Assembly (NCBI GenBank): GCA_965233585.1
Contig: CBDDTI010000747.1
Coordinates: 544,001 to 608,000 of the forward strand
DNA length: 64,000 bases
Reading direction: 5' to 3'
Source: a bacterium
GTDB taxonomy: Bacteria; SAR324; NAC60-12
The notes under the pieces were generated by a model. It had not been told where the DNA came from and did not search any database. It saw nothing but the letters and a program-made list of their open reading frames with translations. Positions 48,797 to 60,119 of this stretch are shown piece after piece. A program made the translations under genes and the position numbers. Position 1 is the first letter of the stretch. Each line of letters starts with the position of its first letter.

Positions 48797-49852
48797 ATGC
48801 AAGATTCAAAGTCTTTAGATGAAAGAAGATTTAAGATTCTTAGAGGGATTATAGAAAACTACATTGAGACGACTGAACCTGTTGGCTCAAGAATGCTTTC
48901 TAAAGACCCTAATATCAACCTTTCCCCTGCAACGATTCGCAATATTATGTCAGACCTTGCTGATATGGGTTTTTTGTGCCAATCCCACACTTCAGCAGGG
49001 AGGATCCCGACAGACAAGGCTTTCCGTTTTTATGTAGATACCGTGATTGACATTTCATCTCTGCCAGATGTGGTGCGTCAGAAAATTGACCAGCTTTCCC
49101 AGCCTGATGTGTTGCAGTTTGAAAGCTTTCTTCACAACGTCACACGCACCATTGCAGATTTGACCCAATTCATGTGTATTATCACCAAACCGCTGGCTGA
49201 ATTGAGTTTGCTCAAAAGAATTGAATTTTTGAGGGTGTCTGAAAATTCGGTGCTGGTCGTATTGGTGACTAAATCAGGAGTGATTCACAACAAAGTTTTG
49301 CAAATCCCTCAAGACCTTTCACAGTCTTTTTTAAACAAGATTTCAGAGTTTTTGAATGAACAGTTTCAAGACCATTCCTTGTTGGAAGTCAGAGACAAAC
49401 TTTTTAGTAGCATGCTGGAAGATAGAGTGCGTTATGATAAGATGCTTGCACAAGCCATTCGTCTTGGCAAAAAAGCATTTGATTTTGATGACACACCAGA
49501 TTTTTACATTGATGGACATATTGGCATGATTGTCAGTTCAGACCCGCAACGTCAAAGCTCTATCCAATCTATTTTGGAAATACTGAAACAAAAACAAACG
49601 GTCATGGATTTGATAGACAACACCATTCATGCAAACGGAGTCCAGATTTTCATTGGAATTGAAAACACATGTGATGAGCTTCAAGAACACACAATGATTT
49701 CTTCAGGTTATGGTTTCACAGGTAATCCTTTAGGTATGATTGGGGTCATTGGACCTACGTCCATGAATTATCAAAACATTGTTCCCATTGTAGATTACAC
49801 ATCACAAGTTTTATCAAACTCTCTTATTGAACAGACTGACTCACCAAAATAG
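48797..49852 (+). CDS. hrcA: Heat-inducible transcription repressor HrcA
   Basis: EPVGSR, SPATIRNIMSDL, HTSAGRIPT, GVIGPTSMNY. Confidence 0.96.
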   Translation: MQDSKSLDERRFKILRGIIENYIETTEPVGSRMLSKDPNINLSPATIRNIMSDLADMGFLCQSHTSAGRIPTDKAFRFYVDTVIDISSLPDVVRQKIDQLSQPDVLQFESFLHNVTRTIADLTQFMCIITKPLAELSLLKRIEFLRVSENSVLVVLVTKSGVIHNKVLQIPQDLSQSFLNKISEFLNEQFQDHSLLEVRDKLFSSMLEDRVRYDKMLAQAIRLGKKAFDFDDTPDFYIDGHIGMIVSSDPQRQSSIQSILEILKQKQTVMDLIDNTIHANGVQIFIGIENTCDELQEHTMISSGYGFTGNPLGMIGVIGPTSMNYQNIVPIVDYTSQVLSNSLIEQTDSPK

Positions 49853-49857
49853 CAACA

Positions 49858-50496
49858 ATGAACCAAGAACAACAAACAGACATATCAGAACAAGATAATC
49901 AAGTGACAGAACACGAGACAGAGCTTTCTGCTGACCCCCAAGAAGATGAACTTTCAGAAGCCGAAGAAACAGGCACAGAAAATGAGGCAGAACTTTCTGA
50001 AAACGTCCAAGAAGACAAGATTTCAGAGGAGCAAACACAAGAAGCTCAAATCAAAAAATTGACCGAAGATTTAGAAAAAGCACAAGCAGACCTCTTGCGT
50101 GAACGTGCAGAATTAGAAAACTTTAAACGTCGTTCTGCAAAAGCAAGCTCAGACACTTTAAAATATGCCTCCTCTGAACTCATCAAAGAGCTGTTGCCTG
50201 TGTTAGACAGTTTGGGAAAAGCCATTGAGTCTGCTCAAAATGAAGATACGTCTGTTACATCAATTAGGGAAGGCGTTGAAATGGTGTATAAGATGGCGCA
50301 AGATGCACTGACGAAACATGGTGTCACGCAGATCAACCCCGTTGGAGAACAGTTTGACCCAAATCAGCATCAAGCTGTTGGCATGGTTGCCTCAGAAGAA
50401 GTGCCAGAAGAACATGTTGTTGATGTGATGCAAAAAGGATATATGTTGTATGAGCGTGTGCTTCGTGCTGCGATGGTGCGTGTCTCTCAAAAATAA
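49858..50496 (+). CDS. grpE: Nucleotide exchange factor GrpE
   Basis: AELENFKRR, FDPNQHQAV, QKGY...RVLRAAMV. Confidence 0.96.
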   Translation: MNQEQQTDISEQDNQVTEHETELSADPQEDELSEAEETGTENEAELSENVQEDKISEEQTQEAQIKKLTEDLEKAQADLLRERAELENFKRRSAKASSDTLKYASSELIKELLPVLDSLGKAIESAQNEDTSVTSIREGVEMVYKMAQDALTKHGVTQINPVGEQFDPNQHQAVGMVASEEVPEEHVVDVMQKGYMLYERVLRAAMVRVSQK

Positions 50497-50524
50497 ATAA
50501 TTTAAACTTAGAAAGGAGTTTTTT

Positions 50525-52447
50525 ATGGGAAAAGTCATAGGTATTGATTTAGGAACAACCAACTCATGTGTTGCAATTATGGAGGGTGGAGACCCTAAAG
50601 TAGTTCAAAATGCAGAAGGAACACTGACCACACCTTCTATGGTAGCATTTAATGATTCAGGTGAACGTTTGATTGGGCAGGTAGCTAAGCGACAAGCTGT
50701 CACTAATCCTGCACGGACTGTCTTTTCAGTGAAACGAATGATGGGACAAAAAATTGGCTCAAAGGAAGTGCAAAAGCTCAAAGAAGTTGCCCCCTATCAT
50801 GTCAGTGAAAGCTCCAACGGTCTGGCTTGTGTAGAAGTTGATGACAAAAAATACACCCCCCCTGAAATCTCTGCATTCATCTTACAAAAAATCAAACAAA
50901 CTGCAGAGGACTATCTGGGAGAACCTGTGACAGAAGCAGTCATCACAGTCCCTGCCTATTTCAATGACAGTCAACGACAGGCAACCAAAGATGCAGGAAA
51001 AATTGCAGGTCTTGATGTGTTACGTATCATCAACGAGCCAACAGCCGCAGCGCTTGCCTATGGGCTAGAAAAAAACAATGACCAAAAAATTGTTGTGTTT
51101 GACTTGGGTGGTGGAACTTTTGATGTCTCCATTCTTGAAATTGGTGATGGTGTGTTTGAAGTCAAAGCGACCAATGGCGACACTTTTCTGGGTGGTGATG
51201 ACTTTGATACCAGAATCATTGACTTCCTTGCTGATGAATTTAAAAAGGAACAAGGAATTGACCTCCGTGCTGACAAGATGGCACTCCAAAGGCTCAAAGA
51301 AGCTGCAGAAAAAGCAAAACATGAGCTTTCCGCAAGTTCGGAGACAGAAGTCAACTTGCCTTTTATCACTGCTGACGCATCAGGACCCAAACATCTTAAC
51401 GTCAAAATCACACGGGCTAAGTTTGAGCAACTTGTTGCCGATTTAGTTGAAAAATGCCTTGTCCCCTGTGAAAAAGCATTAAAAGACTCTGGCTTCAGTG
51501 CAAGTGATATTCACGAAGTCATTTTGGTTGGTGGCATGACCCGTATGCCAAAAATTCAAGAAAAAGTGAAAGAGTTTTTTGGCAAAGAACCCCATAAGGG
51601 CGTCAATCCTGACGAAGTTGTTGCCATCGGTGCTGCAATCCAAGGTGGCGTTTTAAAAGGCGATGTCAAAGATGTTCTACTCCTTGATGTCACACCACTT
51701 TCATTGGGAATTGAGACATTGGGAGAAGTGATGACCAAGTTAATTGAACGCAACACAACTATTCCCACTAAGAAAAGTCAGGTGTTCTCTACTGCCGCAG
51801 ACAATCAACCTGCTGTAAGCATTCACATTCTACAAGGTGAACGAGAGATGGCACGGGACAACAAAACTTTGGGAAGGTTTGAGTTGGTTGGCATTCCTCC
51901 TGCCCCACGTGGCACCCCTCAAATTGAAGTGACTTTTGACATTGACGCCAATGGTATTGTGCATGTCAGTGCCAAAGACTTAGGGACAGGCAAAGAACAG
52001 CAAATCCGTGTCACCACTTCTAGCGGATTGTCAGAAAGTGAGATTGAGAAAATGGTGCAAGATGCAGAGAAATTTGCTGAAGAAGACAAGAAGACTCGCG
52101 CAAGAGTGGAAGCAAAAAATGAGGCAGAATCGTTGATCTATCAAACTGAAAAATCAGTGAATGAGCTTGGGGATAAACTTCCAGCAGAAGACAAAACTGC
52201 TGTTGAAAATGCCATCAGTGACTTGAAAGGTACGCTAGAAAATGGCGATGCTGAAGCCATTCGTGCAGGGACTCAAACTTTAACCGAAGCCTCTCACAAA
52301 CTGGCAGAATTGCTTTATGCCAAACCAGAAGAAGGTGCTGAACCCACTCCAGAACCAGAACCAGAACCTTCACAACAACAATCATCAAACGAGACTAAAA
52401 ACGATGATGATGTCATTGATGCTGATTACGAAGAAGTTAAAAAATAA
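50525..52447 (+). CDS. dnaK: Chaperone DnaK
   Basis: [32 protein letters not shown]. Confidence 0.99.
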   Translation: MGKVIGIDLGTTNSCVAIMEGGDPKVVQNAEGTLTTPSMVAFNDSGERLIGQVAKRQAVTNPARTVFSVKRMMGQKIGSKEVQKLKEVAPYHVSESSNGLACVEVDDKKYTPPEISAFILQKIKQTAEDYLGEPVTEAVITVPAYFNDSQRQATKDAGKIAGLDVLRIINEPTAAALAYGLEKNNDQKIVVFDLGGGTFDVSILEIGDGVFEVKATNGDTFLGGDDFDTRIIDFLADEFKKEQGIDLRADKMALQRLKEAAEKAKHELSASSETEVNLPFITADASGPKHLNVKITRAKFEQLVADLVEKCLVPCEKALKDSGFSASDIHEVILVGGMTRMPKIQEKVKEFFGKEPHKGVNPDEVVAIGAAIQGGVLKGDVKDVLLLDVTPLSLGIETLGEVMTKLIERNTTIPTKKSQVFSTAADNQPAVSIHILQGEREMARDNKTLGRFELVGIPPAPRGTPQIEVTFDIDANGIVHVSAKDLGTGKEQQIRVTTSSGLSESEIEKMVQDAEKFAEEDKKTRARVEAKNEAESLIYQTEKSVNELGDKLPAEDKTAVENAISDLKGTLENGDAEAIRAGTQTLTEASHKLAELLYAKPEEGAEPTPEPEPEPSQQQSSNETKNDDDVIDADYEEVKK

Positions 52448-52464
52448 CGAACCAAAGGAGTCCC

Positions 52465-53589
52465 TTGGCTGAAGACTATTACAGTGTGCTGGGCGTTTCC
52501 AAAAGTGCCTCTGCCGACGAATTAAAAAAAGCATATCGCCAAATTGCCAAAAAATATCACCCCGACCGCAATCAAGGTGATGCTGCAGCAGAAGCGAAGT
52601 TTAAAGAAGCGACAGAAGCATACGAGGTGCTGTCTGACTCCCAAAAACGTTCTCAATACGACCGTTTTGGACATTCTGCCTTCAAACAAGCAGGAGGCGG
52701 TGCTGGAGCGGGTGGAGGTTTTAGCGATATTTTTGAGGCGGCTTTCCAAGGTGGAATGGGCGACGTTTTTGAGTCTTTTTTTGGTGGCGGAGGTAGCAGA
52801 AAACGGAGTTCAGCACAACGTGGAGCAGACTTGCAATATCATACAGAAGTAGAATTTGAAGAGGCTGTTTTTGGTGCAAGTGTTGAGGTTCAAATTCCAC
52901 GCCTGTCTTCTTGTGAAGACTGTCGGGGACACGGAGCAAAATCGCAATCAGACATTGAGGTTTGTCAAAATTGTGGTGGTGCAGGTCAAGTGAGAGTGCA
53001 GCAAGGATTTTTCAGCGTCACCACAGACTGTAGCACCTGTCGTGGAGTGGGAAAAAGTATTAAAAATCCTTGCAAAAAGTGTCGTGGTGCAGGACGAATC
53101 CGCGAAAACAAAAATTTAAAAATCAACATTCCTGCAGGTGTTGAAGATGGCAATAGAATTCGGATGACTGGCGAAGGAGAAGCAGGTTTGCGTGGGGGAC
53201 CTCCGGGCGATTTGTATGTCAGCATTCAAGTCAAGCCTCACGAGATTTTTATGCGTGAAGGCAATCAACTTTCATGCGACGTGCCTGTCAGTTTTCCAAC
53301 ACTGGCTCTTGGGGGGGCTGTTGAAGTGCCGACGTTAGAAGGTGTTGCAGAAATTAAAGTCCCAGCAGGTACACAAAGTCATAAGATTTTTCGCTTGCGT
53401 GGAAAAGGCGTCACTCATGTTCAAAGCAACGTTCGTGGAGATTTGCATGCCAGAATTATCGCAGAAACTCCAACAAATCTGACTGAACAGCAAAGACAAC
53501 TGCTTGAACAATTTCAGGAAAGTATGAAAGAAAGCCATACTCCCATCCTTGACAAATTTAAAGACAAGATTAAAAACTTGTTTTCTTAA
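52465..53589 (+). CDS. dnaJ: Chaperone DnaJ
   Basis: YHPD, G/F region, four CxxCxGxG repeats; TTG start after AAAGGAG. Confidence 0.98.
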   Translation: MAEDYYSVLGVSKSASADELKKAYRQIAKKYHPDRNQGDAAAEAKFKEATEAYEVLSDSQKRSQYDRFGHSAFKQAGGGAGAGGGFSDIFEAAFQGGMGDVFESFFGGGGSRKRSSAQRGADLQYHTEVEFEEAVFGASVEVQIPRLSSCEDCRGHGAKSQSDIEVCQNCGGAGQVRVQQGFFSVTTDCSTCRGVGKSIKNPCKKCRGAGRIRENKNLKINIPAGVEDGNRIRMTGEGEAGLRGGPPGDLYVSIQVKPHEIFMREGNQLSCDVPVSFPTLALGGAVEVPTLEGVAEIKVPAGTQSHKIFRLRGKGVTHVQSNVRGDLHARIIAETPTNLTEQQRQLLEQFQESMKESHTPILDKFKDKIKNLFS

Positions 53590-53619
53590 ATTTCTGCCTC
53601 TTCCTTCCTTCAAACCAAA

Positions 53620-53656
53620 GACTCTCTATTCTGGGTCATAGAGGGTTCCCTTTTTC
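53620..53656 (+). terminator. Possible intrinsic terminator after dnaJ
   Basis: CTCTCTAT...ATAGAGGG stem followed by a T-rich tract; imperfect. Confidence 0.3.
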
Positions 53657-53718
53657 CAGACTCAATCCAATTTAAATCTACTAAATCTGTCAAATCTGCC
53701 AAATTTTTAGAGTGTTTA

Positions 53719-55281
53719 ATGACAATGTTTAAAATGTTTCATCAGACGTTTTGGAAAAATCCTATAAGCTGGTGGGGTTTTGCTTTGTTCCTCTGGTTCA
53801 CAGGAATTGGAGGGAGAGATTTGTATGCCTTGCCTGCATTGGTTGGGTTAGTTTGCTTTCTCATTCAATCTTTTTGTATTGATGACTTGCTCAAAAAGTC
53901 TGATTTACTCCTGAAACATCGCAAAGTGATTTTTTGCCTTTTTGGTGGCTTTTCCCTGCTCCTTTTTTTCACAGTCATTGCCAAAACTTATGCGTTTGCA
54001 TGGAATATTTACGATGTTGGGGTCAATAGCAATGTTGCCTACAATTTAAGTCAAGGCATCGCTTACAACTCATTTTTGCAAATGAAAAGTTGGGCAGACC
54101 ACTTTGTGCCATCATTGTTTGTTTTTGCTCCATTTTACTGGTTGAATCCTAACCCGCTGTGGTTGTTGGTCAGCAAACTGCTTTCCTATCTAGCTGTTCC
54201 TTTTGCACTCAATTATTGGTTAAGTTTTCAAAAAATCACTTCTGAAAAACGTTGGGGGTTAGTTGTTTTGCTCAGTGTGTGGTGGTTGATTCTATACAAA
54301 CCCGCAGTCAGTGGAAGGATTTTTGAGTTTTCTACATCAGCTCTTGCCCCCGCCCTTCTCGTGTTGTCATATAGTTTTTTGGAAAGGCGAAAGTGGCTGT
54401 TGTTCCTGCCAATCATCTTGTTTTTACTTGGTTTGAAAGAACACATGGGAGTCGTTTTACTAAGTTTTGGATTGCACAGCTTCTTTGCACGAGATTGCAA
54501 AAAAAGTGGTATTTTGTTAAGTAGTTTAGGGTTTATGATTGCACTGGGCAGTATTTTGGTGCTGATGCCTTACTTTAGAGATTACCAAGAGTTTGGAACA
54601 AAGCTTGCCCCATTTAATGACCTGCCACAAAAATCGTTTTATCTCGTCAAGTTGCTTGCTCCTTTGGCTTTTCTTCCCCTCATTTTTTGGAGACATGGAG
54701 TGTTGGCATTGCCTGCGGTGGGTGTCAATTTGGTTGCTGACCGTCCCAACATGTACAGCACTTGGTATCACTACAACGATTTGGTTTCAACATTTTTGTT
54801 GATGGCAGTCGCTTTGATTCTGATAGAGCATCACACTGTGTTAGCTCGTTGGTTTCGGGGAAAGTGGGGCAAGGCTTCTTTCGCTGGGTTTGTTGCATCA
54901 GTTTTCGTCACTTTACCACCTTACAGTCCTGTCCTTGATTTTTTGAATCATCTGCCAACTGAAACACATTGGCAGGTGAGAAAAGAATTGAAGAAACTGG
55001 AGAATGAATTTGCCACCGAATCTTTGGCTTTACAAGCGGCACTCGGTCCACAGGTGTATCGTTTATTGGTGAGTCGTATCCTCCAAAACCAGCAAACCCA
55101 AGCATGTCAAGCAATTCCCATAGAAGGACAACCTCCCCAAATTTGGGTGCTATCTCGCCACGTTGGACACCACGAAATAGACGACTTGGAACAATGTATT
55201 CAAAGCCTTGAATCTTCCAATCAATTCACTAAAAAACTTGGCTATCAAACCTTGCTTGTCTTTGAACGAAAGGCATCATAA
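53719..55281 (+). CDS. DUF2079-like membrane protein (GT-C-like)
   Basis: YDVGVN...WADHFVP...LKEH...HY motifs, many TM helices. Confidence 0.7.
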   Translation: MTMFKMFHQTFWKNPISWWGFALFLWFTGIGGRDLYALPALVGLVCFLIQSFCIDDLLKKSDLLLKHRKVIFCLFGGFSLLLFFTVIAKTYAFAWNIYDVGVNSNVAYNLSQGIAYNSFLQMKSWADHFVPSLFVFAPFYWLNPNPLWLLVSKLLSYLAVPFALNYWLSFQKITSEKRWGLVVLLSVWWLILYKPAVSGRIFEFSTSALAPALLVLSYSFLERRKWLLFLPIILFLLGLKEHMGVVLLSFGLHSFFARDCKKSGILLSSLGFMIALGSILVLMPYFRDYQEFGTKLAPFNDLPQKSFYLVKLLAPLAFLPLIFWRHGVLALPAVGVNLVADRPNMYSTWYHYNDLVSTFLLMAVALILIEHHTVLARWFRGKWGKASFAGFVASVFVTLPPYSPVLDFLNHLPTETHWQVRKELKKLENEFATESLALQAALGPQVYRLLVSRILQNQQTQACQAIPIEGQPPQIWVLSRHVGHHEIDDLEQCIQSLESSNQFTKKLGYQTLLVFERKAS

Positions 55282-55338
55282 AGTTTTTTATGATTGTGAT
55301 GTGCAAATCTGGGTAGGGACTTCTTAAAGAATCAAAAT

Positions 55339-56247
55339 TTAAGAGTTTTGATTTTCAAGGTCAAAGTTATAAATGTGAGTGTCAAAGGTGTTGTAATCCT
55401 GATAGCCAAGAGTTTGATAAAGTTCTTGTCGTGTTTGCATCTGATGAAGCAAGTCATTTTGATGCCCTTTGTTGCGAATGTCTTGCAAGCCTTTAACTGT
55501 CGCATACATTGCCAAACGCCATGTTGTAACAGGATAAATGACCATGTTGTAACCCAAATCTTGAAGTTCTTGAAAGGTGAACAAATCAGACTTGCCAAAC
55601 TCTGTCATATTGGCAAGCAGTGGGACATCAGTTGCTTGGCGAACGGCTTCAAACTCTAAAAGATTGTTTAAGGCTTCAGGAAAAATCATGTCTGCTCCTG
55701 CATCAACGTATGCTTGAATGCGTTGAATCGTGCCTTCCAAGCCTTCACTAGCACGTGAATCGGTTCGTGCAATGATGAGGAAGTTTGGGTCTCTTCTGCT
55801 TTGGGTGGCGGCAATGATTTTTTTCACCATGTCATTTTGGCTAATGACCGATTTATGGTCTAAATGCCCGCACCGCTTTGGCATGACTTGGTCTTCAATA
55901 TGACAGCCTGCAAGACCTGCTTGTTCTAAAAGCTGAATAGTACGGGCTGTATTGATTGGTTCACCAAATCCTGTATCAGCATCAATGATGCAAGGCAGAT
56001 TTATGGCTCTGGCAATTTGCGACCCGCGATGTGCCACCTCGCTAACACTAGTCAAGCCTATGTCAGGGAGTCCTAAATCTGCAGCCAAAACTGCCCCAGA
56101 AATATACACGGCAGGAAATCCAGCCTTTTCAACTTCCATAGCAACCATTGGGGCAAAAGCCCCAGGAGCTTGCAAAAGTGTTCCTGATGCTAATTGGCGT
56201 CGCAAAGTCTGCCTTTTGGCAGAATCTGATTGATGAACATGTAACAT
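55339..56247 (-). CDS. prpB: 2-methylisocitrate lyase
   Basis: LGLPDIG, DADTGFG, IEDQVMPKRCGH, ANMTEFGK. Confidence 0.95.
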   Translation of the reverse strand: MLHVHQSDSAKRQTLRRQLASGTLLQAPGAFAPMVAMEVEKAGFPAVYISGAVLAADLGLPDIGLTSVSEVAHRGSQIARAINLPCIIDADTGFGEPINTARTIQLLEQAGLAGCHIEDQVMPKRCGHLDHKSVISQNDMVKKIIAATQSRRDPNFLIIARTDSRASEGLEGTIQRIQAYVDAGADMIFPEALNNLLEFEAVRQATDVPLLANMTEFGKSDLFTFQELQDLGYNMVIYPVTTWRLAMYATVKGLQDIRNKGHQNDLLHQMQTRQELYQTLGYQDYNTFDTHIYNFDLENQNS

Positions 56248-56248
56248 T

Positions 56249-57766
56249 TTAAAAAATCCCTTCGGCTTGATTGGTCAACAACTGTTCACAAGGAATAGTG
56301 ATATTGAGTTGTTGAACTTCTGATGCAGTCAAAAGCGGAAGACGTTGGACAAGGTTTAAAAAACGTTCCTGTTCTGGCTTGGAAACAATTCCATCAACAA
56401 GGCTTTGAAACTTTTTAAGATAATCTTGCCTTCCAAAAGGCTTCTTCCCCAAAGGGTGTGCGTTAGCAACAGCTTGTTCCTGCACAATCTTTTCACCATT
56501 TTTTAAAAAGATTTCAATACGTCCTCCAAATGCCTTAATTTTAGGGTCTGCTGCATGATAACGTTTTGTCCATGCTTGGTCTTCTATGGTTTGGATTTTA
56601 TGCCATAACTGGACTGTATCAGGACGTTTGGCTCGGTCTGGAAGGTATGAATGTTCGTGATGCCATCTTCCATCTTGGAGAGCAACTGCCATGATGTACA
56701 TAATGGAGTGGTCTAATGTTTCACGGCTAGCATCAGGGGCAAACTTTTGGGGGTCATTTGCACCTGTTCCAATGACATAATGTGTATGATGTGAGGTATA
56801 GAGAAAGATTTTTTGCACCTGACTCCAATCACCACCTGTTTTTGCATTGATGATCTTTCTTAAATCAAAGCATAAATCAATGATGGCTTGTGATTGATAT
56901 TCTGCAGAATATTCTTTGGTATAGGTTTCAAGAATGGCACGTTTCGCCTCTCCTTGTTCTGGGAGTGAGACAAAATATTGAGAATCCTTGCCATCTAAAA
57001 GCCATGCTAAGACAGAGTCTTCTCCTTCGTAAATGGGAGATGGTGCTTGCTCTCCACGCATACAACGATCCACCGCTTCAATCGCAAGTTTAGTCGCATG
57101 AGCAGGAGCATAAGCCTTCCAGCTTGAAATCTCTCCTTTACGCGATTGCCTTGTGGTGCAAGTCGTGTGTAATGCCTGTTGAATGGCTTGATAGATGATG
57201 TTAGTCTCCAAACAAAGCAATGTTCCCAAACCTCCTGCTGTTGCCACTCCAACATGGGCAATATGGTCAATTTTATGTTGATGCAAACAAATGCCTTTGA
57301 CCAGATTGACATGCAACTCATAAGCGGTTGCAATGGCATGAAGCAACGCATTGCCATCTTGTCCTTTTTGTTGTGCCACAGCAATCAATGGGGGAATGTT
57401 GTCAGCAGGGTGTGAGTATTCTGCCGCAAGAAACGTATCGTGATAGTCCAGTTCTCGCACAGCAGTCCCATTTGCCCATGCCGCCCATTCTGCACAAACA
57501 GTGACCCGATGAGGTAAGCCAAACAGTGTCGCTCCGTTTTCTCTGGGGTGTGCTAATGCCATCGCACGAGCAGACAGAACAGACTGACGATTAATTGAAG
57601 CCATTGCCACCGCAACATTGTCAATGATGCGATTGATTACCATGTCAGCTACATCTTCATCAACCTTTGCGTCATCGCTAGCCACGCATGCCATTTTCCA
57701 TGAAAATTGTTCTTCTTTTTTTAATAACGATGTTTCAGGGTGAACACAAATCGTGTGACGTTTCAT
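56249..57766 (-). CDS. prpD: 2-methylcitrate dehydratase (MmgE/PrpD)
   Basis: [36 protein letters not shown]; adjacent to prpB. Confidence 0.93.
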   Translation of the reverse strand: MKRHTICVHPETSLLKKEEQFSWKMACVASDDAKVDEDVADMVINRIIDNVAVAMASINRQSVLSARAMALAHPRENGATLFGLPHRVTVCAEWAAWANGTAVRELDYHDTFLAAEYSHPADNIPPLIAVAQQKGQDGNALLHAIATAYELHVNLVKGICLHQHKIDHIAHVGVATAGGLGTLLCLETNIIYQAIQQALHTTCTTRQSRKGEISSWKAYAPAHATKLAIEAVDRCMRGEQAPSPIYEGEDSVLAWLLDGKDSQYFVSLPEQGEAKRAILETYTKEYSAEYQSQAIIDLCFDLRKIINAKTGGDWSQVQKIFLYTSHHTHYVIGTGANDPQKFAPDASRETLDHSIMYIMAVALQDGRWHHEHSYLPDRAKRPDTVQLWHKIQTIEDQAWTKRYHAADPKIKAFGGRIEIFLKNGEKIVQEQAVANAHPLGKKPFGRQDYLKKFQSLVDGIVSKPEQERFLNLVQRLPLLTASEVQQLNITIPCEQLLTNQAEGIF

Positions 57767-58015
57767 AGTATTTTTTTAAGATGTTGCAACAGCCTCTTTC
57801 AAGACCAGCTAAAGAAAACTCTTTTTGACCAATGCCATGCTGTCAAACCAACCGAACTACTTAAGACAGCTCGTTAGCGTTTCTCCTCCCTTATTTCTCA
57901 AAAGCCATTTGGCAAATCAAGTTTGATTTTGACAGACTGGCAATGACAAGTTAGCTCAACATGTCAAAGAATTATTTTTTATTTGACTTTGTTTATCTGA
58001 CTTTTGAGAAAGATT

Positions 58016-58849
58016 TTAGGCATTCACAGTGATTTGTTCTTGTGTGCCAAGTTTGTCAATAGTGAGTGTCATTTTTTGATTTGGCTTCAAGTAAAGAGGG
58101 TCAGGCTTTTGTCCCATTCCCACACCCGGAGGCGTGCCAGTAGAAATCAAATCACCCGGCAAAAGTGTCATAAATTGTGATAAATAAGCCACCAAAAAAG
58201 GAATTTTGTAGTGCATGTTATTCGTTGTGCTGTCTTGATAAACCTTGCCGTCAACGCTCAGTGTCAAATGCAAATCATCTTCATTGCCCACTTCATCTTT
58301 GGTGACCAAATAAGGACCGATTGGCGAAAAAGTGTCATGGCTTTTGCCCTTTGTCCATTGTCCACTTCGTTCAATTTGGAACTCTCGTTCTGAAAGATCA
58401 TTGACGATAGTATAGCCCGCAATATGCTCATACGCCTCTGCTTCTGTGATATATTTTGCTTTTTTGCCAATGATGACACCAAGCTCCACTTCCCAGTCTG
58501 TTTTTTTAGAGTTTTTGGGAATTTCTACATGGTCGTATGCTCCAACAATAGAGCTTGTTGCTTTCATAAAAATCATAGGTTCAGGTGGAATTTCAAGTCC
58601 ACTTTCCTTAGCATGGTCTGAATAGTTGAGTCCGATACAAATGATTTTACCAATCTGGTCAACAGGAGGTGCAATGCGGTCATATTGTTCCACCTTTGGC
58701 AACTTTTCTACATGGATTTGAGAAGACAAAAGTTTTCCTAACGTCTGCGGGTTGATGTCTTCTACAACAGAAGAAAGGTCATAAAAATCATCTTCCACTT
58801 TGATTGCAGGTTTTGTTTGATTCTGTGTTGTGTATCGTAAAAATTTCAT
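58016..58849 (-). CDS. Fumarylacetoacetate hydrolase family protein
   Basis: KIICIGLNYSDH, DWEVEL, NDLSER, GKSHDTF, TGTPPGVG. Confidence 0.93.
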   Translation of the reverse strand: MKFLRYTTQNQTKPAIKVEDDFYDLSSVVEDINPQTLGKLLSSQIHVEKLPKVEQYDRIAPPVDQIGKIICIGLNYSDHAKESGLEIPPEPMIFMKATSSIVGAYDHVEIPKNSKKTDWEVELGVIIGKKAKYITEAEAYEHIAGYTIVNDLSEREFQIERSGQWTKGKSHDTFSPIGPYLVTKDEVGNEDDLHLTLSVDGKVYQDSTTNNMHYKIPFLVAYLSQFMTLLPGDLISTGTPPGVGMGQKPDPLYLKPNQKMTLTIDKLGTQEQITVNA

Positions 58850-59046
58850 ATCGTTTTCTTGATTGAATGTTGAGTTTAAGTTGGATAGTTAAAATGATTT
58901 TAAAAAATAGACAAAATGAATAACAAAACATAAGGAATCATCATAAAAATTGGTATAAATTTCTCTATTTTTGTCAGTTGAAAATAGGTTTTCGTCTGTT
59001 GACCTTCTTTGAGTAACTCCCATTCTTTTTTATAAAACGGATATCT

Positions 59047-59806
59047 GGCATTGTTAAGTAATAAGTGATAGCTGATTATTCCGTTTTGCCATGAACAAAA
59101 GAACAGAATATTGTAATGCTTTAAGAGACTTGCTGTAACATTTGGTTTTCCTTCTCATTCTTGCCAAGAAATGTCTCAAGAGAGAATTATACCCTTCTAT
59201 CGTGTATGTTTCTGCCTTGGAACATGTATGAATTTCTTTGGGAATGACTTGTTTGTAAGCCTTGCAGTGATCAGTCATCACCTGAAGAGGTTTTGTTTCC
59301 TTGACCTTGTCCCATAAATGCCTACAGGCTTTTGAGTCTCTGTTTCCAAGCACACAATTGATAAATTGCTTCCCACATCTATCAACAGCAATCCAGAGCC
59401 AGCAGTAGTTTTTTTTGACTGGATGTAGGTGTGCATTTCATCAATTTCCATAATTTCAATGTCTGTGTCCTTTCTTAATGCCTTGAGCTGTTCGCCAAAA
59501 CTACAGACCCAATTATAAACTGAAACATGAGAACAATTCAGCAAACGACCGATTGACCTGAAACCAAGACCCTCCAAATACAACTCTAATGCTCTTCTTT
59601 TGATCTGTGGTGAGATTTGACCACGATAGGACTTGGTATATTGATAGTTGCAGGCATTGCAACGCCTCCTCGGTTTACCATATAAGAAACCATTCTTAAC
59701 CGTCTTCTCACTTTCACATCTAGGACACGACTTCATTGCTACACCATGACTATCAATTCAATTAAATGAACTTAATATCGCATATCACTTATAGTTTAAC
59801 AATACC
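59047..59806 (-). mobile_element. Complete IS1-family insertion sequence (760 bp)
   Basis: 24-bp IRs GGCATTGTTAAGTAATAAGTGATA / GGTATTGTTAAACTATAAGTGATA (20/24 match); 8-bp TSD GGATATCT at 59039-59046 and 59807-59814. Confidence 0.96.
59054..59736 (-). CDS. IS1 transposase InsA/InsB expressed by -1 frameshift
   Basis: InsA CPRC...CNAC Zn finger and HTH; A8C slippery site 59408-59416; -1 frame gives DEMHTYIQSKKNYCWLWIAVD...MTD...IEGYN DDE core. Confidence 0.92.
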
Positions 59807-60119
59807 GGATATCTTAATTGCTGCTCCAAACCATGAATTGCTTTAAACTTTCCAGAATTTAATTGCTTGTATGAATGAATATTAATCAGCCATATAAGGC
59901 AAAGGATCATGCCCAGAATAGAAAAAACAAGGAGTATGATTTTTCCATGCCATACAAGCAGATCTTTATTAAAAAGCAAGGTTACAAAAGCAAATAAACC
60001 TGACAATAAGGCAATGTAAAAACGATTTGTTTGTAACCGCCTTTGGCTCACTCTATCTGCCATTTCTACATGCAGTTTATAAATTTCTAATAATTCTTGT
60101 TGAGTTTCCATTTCACTAA

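Larger units (their letters stand above)
58900..60111 (-). pseudogene. 3-TM small membrane protein (SLATT-like putative effector), split by IS1; 147 aa when reconstructed
   Basis: Joining 60111..59807 to 59038..58900 gives an open 444-nt frame ending ...LEQQLRYPFYKKEWELLKEGQQTKTYFQLTKIEKFIPIFMMIPYVLLFILSIF*. Confidence 0.88.

Noticed and set aside
48663..48809. N-terminal extension of cdaA to 48809
   Set aside because: It would run through the CIRCE/promoter and overlap hrcA; the ATG at 48662 has an SD.
59785..60111. Intact 108-aa membrane protein as in the ORF track
   Set aside because: Its last residues (VLLNYK) are read from the IS1 inverted repeat; the true 3' end lies beyond the IS.
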